Source: Chrysomallon squamiferum
Taxonomy: Eukaryota; Animalia; Mollusca
Assembly (NCBI GenBank): GCA_012295275.1
Contig: CM022677.1
Span: 27,714,001 to 27,778,000 of the forward strand
Reading direction: 5' to 3'
DNA length: 64,000 bases
Part shown: positions 56,551 to 64,000 of the stretch, one piece after another
How positions within the stretch are numbered: position 1 is the stretch's first letter
Layout of the letters: each line of letters begins with the position of its first letter
Position numbers and translations under genes: made by a program
The notes under the pieces: generated by a model
What the model saw: the letters and a program-made list of their open reading frames with translations, nothing else
Databases searched by the model: none
Told to the model about the DNA's origin: nothing

Positions 56551-57271
56551 TATGTATGTATGTATGTATGTATATATATATATAAAACACATGCACATGC
56601 ATACACATATAAATCTTCGTCACTAACAAACAAACATATACGCAAAGGACCACAGATACATTATATGCACAAACACATTCGGAGACAATGGGTACCAAAG
56701 GTTCGAGTCTTGTCAGCGGCATTTTTAAACAGGGTTTGTGATGTTGTTACTGTGGACTTTGTCCTCCTGCGCCATTGCGTTCCCGAAATATTTTATTTCG
56801 TCCAATCAAATGTACGTCAGATAGAAAATATTCAAAATCCTAAAACACATCCTTGCCAATGTCAGGTTTGCCATACACACACACACACACAAAAAAAAAA
56901 AAATAAAAAAAATAAAAAATAAAATAAAATAAAATAAAATAAAATAAAATAAATAAAACAATAAAAAATAAAATAAAAACCAGACATAGAGAATGTGTAT
57001 TTTGAACATGCACAAACACGCACACGCACACGCACACCCACTCACGCTCACGCTCACGTTATTATTTTTATTATTTTTTATTATTATTCTTTTTGTTTTT
57101 CTTCACAATTATTAGCGTAGCAAAGTAAACAGTGCTAGATTGCTAGCGATAACCATCTGACTTTCTGACCTCTGCTGTGTGTTTTCGCTGTAAAACATTC
57201 ACCTGACTAAACAATAATTTTAAAAACGTTATGATTTATTTTACCTGTCGATTAACGACATACTGAACGTG

Positions 57272-57320
57272 GCTATAAATAATTTCCTTGGTCACTTTGT
57301 AGCCATTCGTCAACTGAAAT
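57272..57320 (+). promoter_or_regulatory. TATA-box core promoter of paralog C
   Basis: GCTATAAATA at ~57272, CCATTC initiator-like motif ~30 nt downstream, ATG at 57435. Confidence 0.55.
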
Positions 57321-57434
57321 AACCTTCCAGTTCCCACTACAACGACGGAGGCATTCGCAGCAGCAGACGTCTAAGCTGACGTCGTCTACAGCGTCATTTT
57401 GCAGCGGAGGATCAAAGGCTTTTTTCTTTCTGAA

Positions 57435-59757
57435 ATGAGAGTTTTAATATTTTGTCTTCTCTGTACTCTGGCTATTGGTATGTATGTGATTTATTTATTT
57501 ATTTTTTTTTATTTTTATTTTTTTTTTTTTTTTTTTATTTTTTTTTACTAATCTTCTTTATTCTGTACTTAATTTTAATTTAATTTAATTTAATTTAATT
57601 TAATTTCCTTTATTTTATTTTATTTCACTACCGTTTTTATTTTATTTTGCTTTTATTTTATTTTACTTTTTTTATTTTTATTTTGTTTTCTTAATTTGAT
57701 TTTATTTTACTTTAATTCATTTTATTTTGTTTTTATTATTATATTTTTTTTTTTTATTTTTTTTATTTTACTTTTCATGCTTTAAAAAAAAAAAAAAATA
57801 GTTATGTTTAATTTAATTTAATTTATATTTTATTAATTTTATTTAATTTTTCTTTTCTAAAATTTGTTTTTGTTTTGTTTTTTAAATCACTAATTCATTC
57901 ATTCATTCATTTATCTGTTTCACACTACACACGCACACACACTCACACGCAATCGTTACCACAATCACAGACGTCTTTCTTTTTTTGAAAAAGAGTCACA
58001 CATACACACATAAAACACACACACACACATTAAACATACAACCAAACAAACACAAACACGTAGCATGCACGCACACACGCGCACGCACATCTCTCTAATA
58101 CGTTCAGGCGACGTGTGCTTTTCAGTCCAGGCTCGGTGGTCGCCATGGGGAATCTACAATACCTATTCGTGTGATCGCACGTGCATGAAAAGAAAGACGT
58201 TGGTCAGAAGCTGCAACTACGCAGACGGATGTGAAGGAGACGAGGTGAAGGAGGACTTCAGTCAATGCCAACCGAATGAGTGCAATCCACGTATGTCGTA
58301 GCGGTAGCTGCAGCAGCAGTAGTATTAGTACTAGTAGCTGCAGTAGTAGTAGGAGTAGTAGTAGTAGTAGTAGTAGTAGTTGTAACAGTAGTGTTAGCGT
58401 TAGTATTAGCATTCGCAGTAGACATAACAGCAGTAGTAACGTTAGTAGCAGCATAGCGGTTTTGGTAGTAATAGCAATAATAATCACAGTAGTGATAGTA
58501 GTAGTAATAGTAGTAGATGCTGTGGTTGTAGTTGTAATAGCCGTAGTTGTGGCAGTCTTAGTAACGGTATTAGTACTAGTAGTAGCGCTCCTGCAGTAAT
58601 GGTTGTCGCAGTAGCAGCAATAGTCGTAGTAATAGTAGTAATAATAACAGTAGCAATAGTAGTAATAATAACAGTAGTAATAGTAGTAATAATAACAGTA
58701 GCAATAGTAGTAATAATAACAGTAGTAATAGCTGTAGTAGTACCAGTAGTAATCGTAGTAGATATTGTAGTAGTAGCAGTGATTATAGCAGTGGTGGCAG
58801 CAGCAGTAGGTTGCTGTTGTGACAGTAGTAATACTAGATAGGAGTAGTAGTAGATAGTAGTAGTAGTAGTAGATAGTAGTGGTAGTAGTAGTTGTAGATA
58901 GTAGTAGTAGTAGTAGTAGTAGATAGTAGTAGTAGTAGTAGTAGTAGATAGTAGTAGTAGTAGTAGTAGATAGTAGTAGTAGTAGTAGTAATGAATAGTA
59001 GTGGTAGTAGTAGTAGTAGTAGTAGGTAGTAGTAGTAGTAGTAGATGATAGTAGTAGTAGTAGTAGTAGTAGATAGTAGTAGTAGTAGTAGTAGATGGTA
59101 GTAGTATATAGTAGTGATAATAGTAGTAGTAGATAGTAGTAGTAGATAATAGTGGTAGTAGTAGTAGTAGTAGTAGTAGATAGTAGTAGTAGATAGTAGT
59201 AGTAGTAGTAGATAGTAGATAGTAGTAGTAGTAGTAGTAGTAGATAGTAGTAGTGGTAGTAGTAGTAGATAGTAGCAGTAGTAGTAGTAGTAGATGGTAA
59301 TTGGTAGTAGTAGTAGTAGATAGTAGATGGTAGTGGTAGTAGTAGTAGATAGTAGTGGAAGTAGTAATAGTAATGGTAAGTGATGGTAGTAGTAGTAGTA
59401 GAATAGTAGTGGTGGTAGTAGTAGTAATAGTATGAATAGTGGTAGTAGTAAGTAGTAGATAGTAGTGGTAGTAGTAGTAGTAGTAGTAGATAGTAGTGTA
59501 GTAGTAGTAGTAGTAAGATAGTAGTAGTAGTAGTAGTAGTGTAATGGTAGTAGTAGTAGTAGTAGCAGAGTATAGTAGTAGTAGTAGATAGTAGTATATA
59601 TTAGTAGTGGTAGTAGTAGATAGATTATAGTAGTAGTAGTAGTAGTAGATAGTGTAGATAGTAGTAGTGGTGGTAGTAGTATACAGTAGTAGTAGTACAT
59701 AGTAGTAGTAGTAGTAGATAGTAGTAGTAGTGGTAGTAGTAGTAGTAGATAGTAGTG

Positions 59758-59791
<34 letters not shown>

Positions 59792-61262
59792 ATGGTACGA
59801 TAGATAGTAGTAGTAAATAGTATGGTGGTGGTAGTAGTAGATAGTAGTAGATAGTAGATAGTAGTGGTAGTAGTAGTAGTAGATATAGTGGTAGTAGTAG
59901 TAGTTGATAGTAGTAGATAGTAGTGGTAGTAGTAGTAGATAGTAGTGGTAGTAGTATTAGTAATAGTAGTAGTAGATAGATAGTAGTAGTAGATAGTAGT
60001 AGTAGATAGTAGTAGTAGTAGTAGTAAATAGTAGTGGTAGTAGTAGATAGTAGTAGTAGATATTAGTAGATAGTAGTAGAGATATTAGTAATAGTAGTGG
60101 TAGCAGTAATAGATAGCAGTAGTAGTAGAAGTAGTAGATATCAGTAGTAGTAGTAGATAGTAATTAGTGGTAGTAGTAGTAGTAGTATATAGTAGTAGAT
60201 AGTAGTAGATATTAGTGGTAGTAGTAGTAGCAGCAGTAGTAGTAGTAGTAGTAGTAGTAGTAGTTGTTGTTGATGTTGCTGTTGTTGTTGTACATGTATT
60301 TTTCTGATGAATTTTATTCATGTTTTATTCAGGAAAACACGACACGTTTGTTGAAGGTGAGTTCAGTTTATTTCGCTTGCTCCCCACCCTTTAAGTTTTA
60401 CTGATATTAACCTTCTCACTCGTTTGAACTCTTCAGCTTTGTTCTACAGTATCGTCGTCGTCGTCGTCGTTGTAGTGTTAGTGTTAGCAGTAGCAGTAGT
60501 AGCAGTTGCAGTAGTAGTAGCAGCAGCTGCAGTAGTAGCTGCTGCTGAATTATTGGGAGTAGCAATAGGTACAGTCAGAAAAGTAAAGCAATGGTGACAA
60601 TAGTATATGCAGCAGTAGTAACGTTTGTGTTAGTATTAGGTTTACAGTAGAATTTTCTGTATAATAGCAGTAGCAACCTTTTTATTATTATAGCAGTACT
60701 ATCGGCAACAGTAGTTGTAGTAAAAATAGTAGTAGCATTAGTACTGTTATTGTTGTTATTGGAAGTAGTAGTGTTTGCAATAGTATCAGTGTCCTCAGAA
60801 GAAGCTGGAGCAGTCATAGTTAGTAGTAGCATTTAGTAGTAGTAGTTTAATAGTACTTGTACTAGTAGTAGAAGTAGTATTTGTTGTTGTTGTGGTAGTA
60901 GTAACAATAGCATATTATTATTGTTGTTGTTGTTGTTATTATTATTATTATTATTATTATCATTATAATTGGTATTATTATTATCATTATTGTTATTATT
61001 ATTATCATTTTCATCATCATTATTATTATTATTAGAATTATTATTATTATTATTATTATTATTATCATCATCATCATGATCATCATTATTATCATTATTA
61101 TTAGTAGTAGTATTGTTGTTATTATTATCATTATTGTTATCATTATTATTATTATTATTATCATTATTATTGGTATTATTATCATCATCATCATTATTAT
61201 TATTATTATCATCGTCATCATCATTATTATTATCATCATCATCATCATCATTATTATTATTA

Positions 61263-61325
<63 letters not shown>

Positions 61326-61606
61326 CTATTATCATTATTATTATCATTATTACCATTATTATCGTTATCATTATTGTCATTATTATCATTATTATTATTA
61401 TTATTATTATCAGGGAGGTGGGGCGATTGGAGAAAAATCGAGACTTACAACGGGACTTGTTTCTCTCGCTGCTTCACTGTTGAAATGTTTGCACGTGAGT
61501 GTGAGTCTAAGAACACGTGCCCTGGGAGTTCACTGAGGCGACAGAACGGGGCGTGTCCAAAAGGTTCCTGTGTCCTGGGTACGCTAAGCATCGTAATTAT
61601 TACTAC

Positions 61607-61640
<34 letters not shown>

Positions 61641-62461
61641 GTTGTTCTCGTCGTTTTTTAACTCATATTTTATTATTATTATTGTTATTATTGTTATTAT
61701 TATTATTATTGTTGTTCTTCTTCTTGTCGTTTTGTACTCATATTTTATTATTAGTCTTGTTGTTATTATTATTGTTGTTGTTGTCATTATTATTATTGTT
61801 GTTGTTGTTGTTGTTGTTGTTGTCATTTACTCAAATATTGTTTTTCTTTAGCCAATTCGTATGGATCTGGAAAAGAAACTACAGGAGGTATGAAATATAA
61901 TAATGGAGGTATGAAATACAGAACAGGACGTATGAAATACAGAACAGGACGTATGAAATATACAACAGGTGGCTGGAAATACAGAACAGGAGCTTCGAAA
62001 AATGCAAGAGGAGCTATGAAAAGTACAACAGAAAGTGAAGGTAGAGTTGTAGAAAAACAGAAAAAACAAAACGAAAAATCAATATTCAGAAATAATCAGT
62101 CTTGGTCAGTTCCTTATTTTTACAGCATTTAGGCTGAAATGAAAACGTTTTAATACATTTATAATAATAATAATAATAATAATAATAATTATTATTATTA
62201 TTGTTGTTGTTGTTGTTGTTGTAGTTGCGGTTATGATTATTAGTACTACAGCTTATTATTATTATTACTGTTATGTATTGTTATTGTCATTATTATTAAT
62301 ACTTTATTATTATTGTTATTGTTATTATTGTTGTTATTATTATTATTATTATTATTGTTATTGTTATTAGTGTTGTTATTATTATTATTATTATTATTAT
62401 TGTTATTATTATTATTGTTATTGTTATTAATACTTTATTATTATTATTATTATTATTATTG

Positions 62462-62496
<35 letters not shown>

Positions 62497-62663
62497 TGAG
62501 TAGTAAGTGCAATAGATGTCTAGCTGATTTGCACATAAAAACTAATTTGTTTGTTTACTTTTATTTATTTATAAATTAGAAGATGACAAGAAACCTCATC
62601 ATTTTCGCAAGGCGAAATCTTACTGTAAGCAAGATGTTTTTAATAATAATAATAGTAGTAGTT

Positions 62664-62699
<36 letters not shown>

Positions 62700-63388
62700 A
62701 TAATAATAATAATAGGAGTAGTAGCAGCAGAAGCAGCAGTAGTGGTAGTAGTAGTAATGATAATAATAGTAATAACAATAATAACAATGATAATATTAAA
62801 AATACAGTTGCCGTAGTAGCATTAGCATTAGTAGCTGTAGTAGCAGTAGATATGGTAGTGGTAGTTGTGTTGGTGGTAGTTGTGGTGATTGTGGTAGTTG
62901 TGGTGGTGGATGTAGTAGTTGGTGTTGGTGGTAGTGGTTGTGGTGATCACATCACAGTAAATATTTACCTAAGTACTAGTGATAGTAATAACAGCAACAG
63001 CTTCAACGACGATAGTAGTATCTGAACTAGTAGTTGTAGCAGTAGTAGTAGTACTAGTAGTAGTTGCAGAAGTAGCAGTAGTAGTAGTTGTGGTAGTAGT
63101 AGACCGAGAAGTAGTAGTAGTAATAGTAGCAGATTGAGCCGTAATACGAATATCGTTTTTGTTGTAGAAAGTAGTGATAATATGTAATAGAAATATTAAC
63201 ATGTTTCAGATGTAGTAATAGTGGATGTATTTGCAGTGTTGTTAGCAATCTATTATATACTGAAATATTTTATTATTTTAACCCTGCTTTTAATGTAAAG
63301 GTGGTCAGTCTCAAAACACAGATACAGAAGCACGGAGAAATAGAGGTATTACTATTTTTATTATTATCATTTATTATTATTATTATTA

Positions 63389-63455
<67 letters not shown>

Positions 63456-63734
63456 AAGTTGTTGTTATTGTTGTTGTTATTGTTATGTACTCAAATATTT
63501 TACTTCCTTACCCATTTTTTTTGTTTATGAACAGCTAACGCATCTGAAATGGTACCCACAGTAGCAATGCTATACAATAGGAACTATGACAGATACAATA
63601 GGAGCTATGACACATACAATAGGAGCTATGACACATACAATAGGAACTATGACATTTACAATTGGAGCTATGACACATACAATAGGAACTATGACACTTA
63701 CAATTGGAGCTATGACACATACGATAGAAAATGA
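57435..63734 (+). CDS. Secreted protein with two TSP1-like 6-Cys domains and C-terminal heptad repeats (paralog C)
   Basis: Phase-1 exons: 57435-57477 MRVLIFCLLCTLAI; 58126-58290 RWSPWGIYNTYSCDRTCMKRKTLVRSCNYADGCEG...QCQPNEC; 60333-60356 (24 nt); 61414-61578 RWGDWRKIETYNGTCFSRCFTVEMFARECESKNTCPG...ACPKGSC; 61852-62040 (G[G/R]MKYRT repeats); 63301-63345; 63535-63734 (YNRSYDT repeats, stop). Confidence 0.8.
58840..60265. repeat. Long degenerate (TAG)n microsatellite in an intron, representative of many SSRs (e.g. 212-920, 6084-6256, 23945-24125, 33594-34119, 47150-47690, 50746-51094, 60915-61410)
   Basis: Directly visible simple repeats. Confidence 0.97.
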
Positions 63735-63770
63735 AGGTAGCGTTGTAGAATAATAATAATAATAATAATA

Positions 63771-63862
<92 letters not shown>

Positions 63863-64000
63863 CATCATTATTCGGAAATAATGACTGACTTGGCCAGTTT
63901 CTTATTTTTGCAACATTTACCATGAAATAAAAAATAAAAAAAGTTTTATTATTGTTATTGCTGTTGTTGTTGTTGCTGCTGCTGCTGCTGCTGTTGTTAT

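Noticed and set aside
63549-63734. Reflectin-like reading of the Y/D/N/R-rich repeat
   Set aside because: Lacks the Met-rich M/FD(X)5MD(X)5MD reflectin motif and derives from a frame-shifted copy of exon 61852-62040.

Overview
Eukaryotic (animal) genomic DNA, AT-rich and saturated with microsatellites, so most ORF-track entries are simple-repeat artefacts. The composition resembles a cephalopod/mollusc genome, which is inference only. Real content, left to right: (1) first coding exon of an M1 aminopeptidase (minus, 6537-7336) and a probable CpG-rich promoter near 15.1 kb; (2) a secreted ZP-C-like gene (plus, 17377-23758) with two PAN/apple exons apparently inserted inside the ZP-C domain, plus a decayed tandem copy (30090-32813); (3) between the two copies, a ~6-kb decayed endogenous parvovirus-like element (about 24127-30085) bounded by imperfect hairpin-containing inverted repeats, with all genes on the minus strand in the non-canonical order promoter - capsid-like VP - several ORFans - NS1 (HUH + SF3 helicase) - small Cys-rich ORF; (4) a three-exon gene (minus, 34776-41142) for a ~1500-aa signal-peptide + Lys/Glu/His tandem-repeat + GPI-like-tail protein; (5) three paralogous small secreted TSP1-like 6-Cys genes (one a pseudogene) with micro-exons and a duplicated, frame-shifted heptad-repeat exon; (6) a Tc1 remnant, a MITE and several minisatellites. 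The best candidate for an undescribed system is the endogenous virus with VP placed before NS1. All calls were made by eye; no database searches were run.
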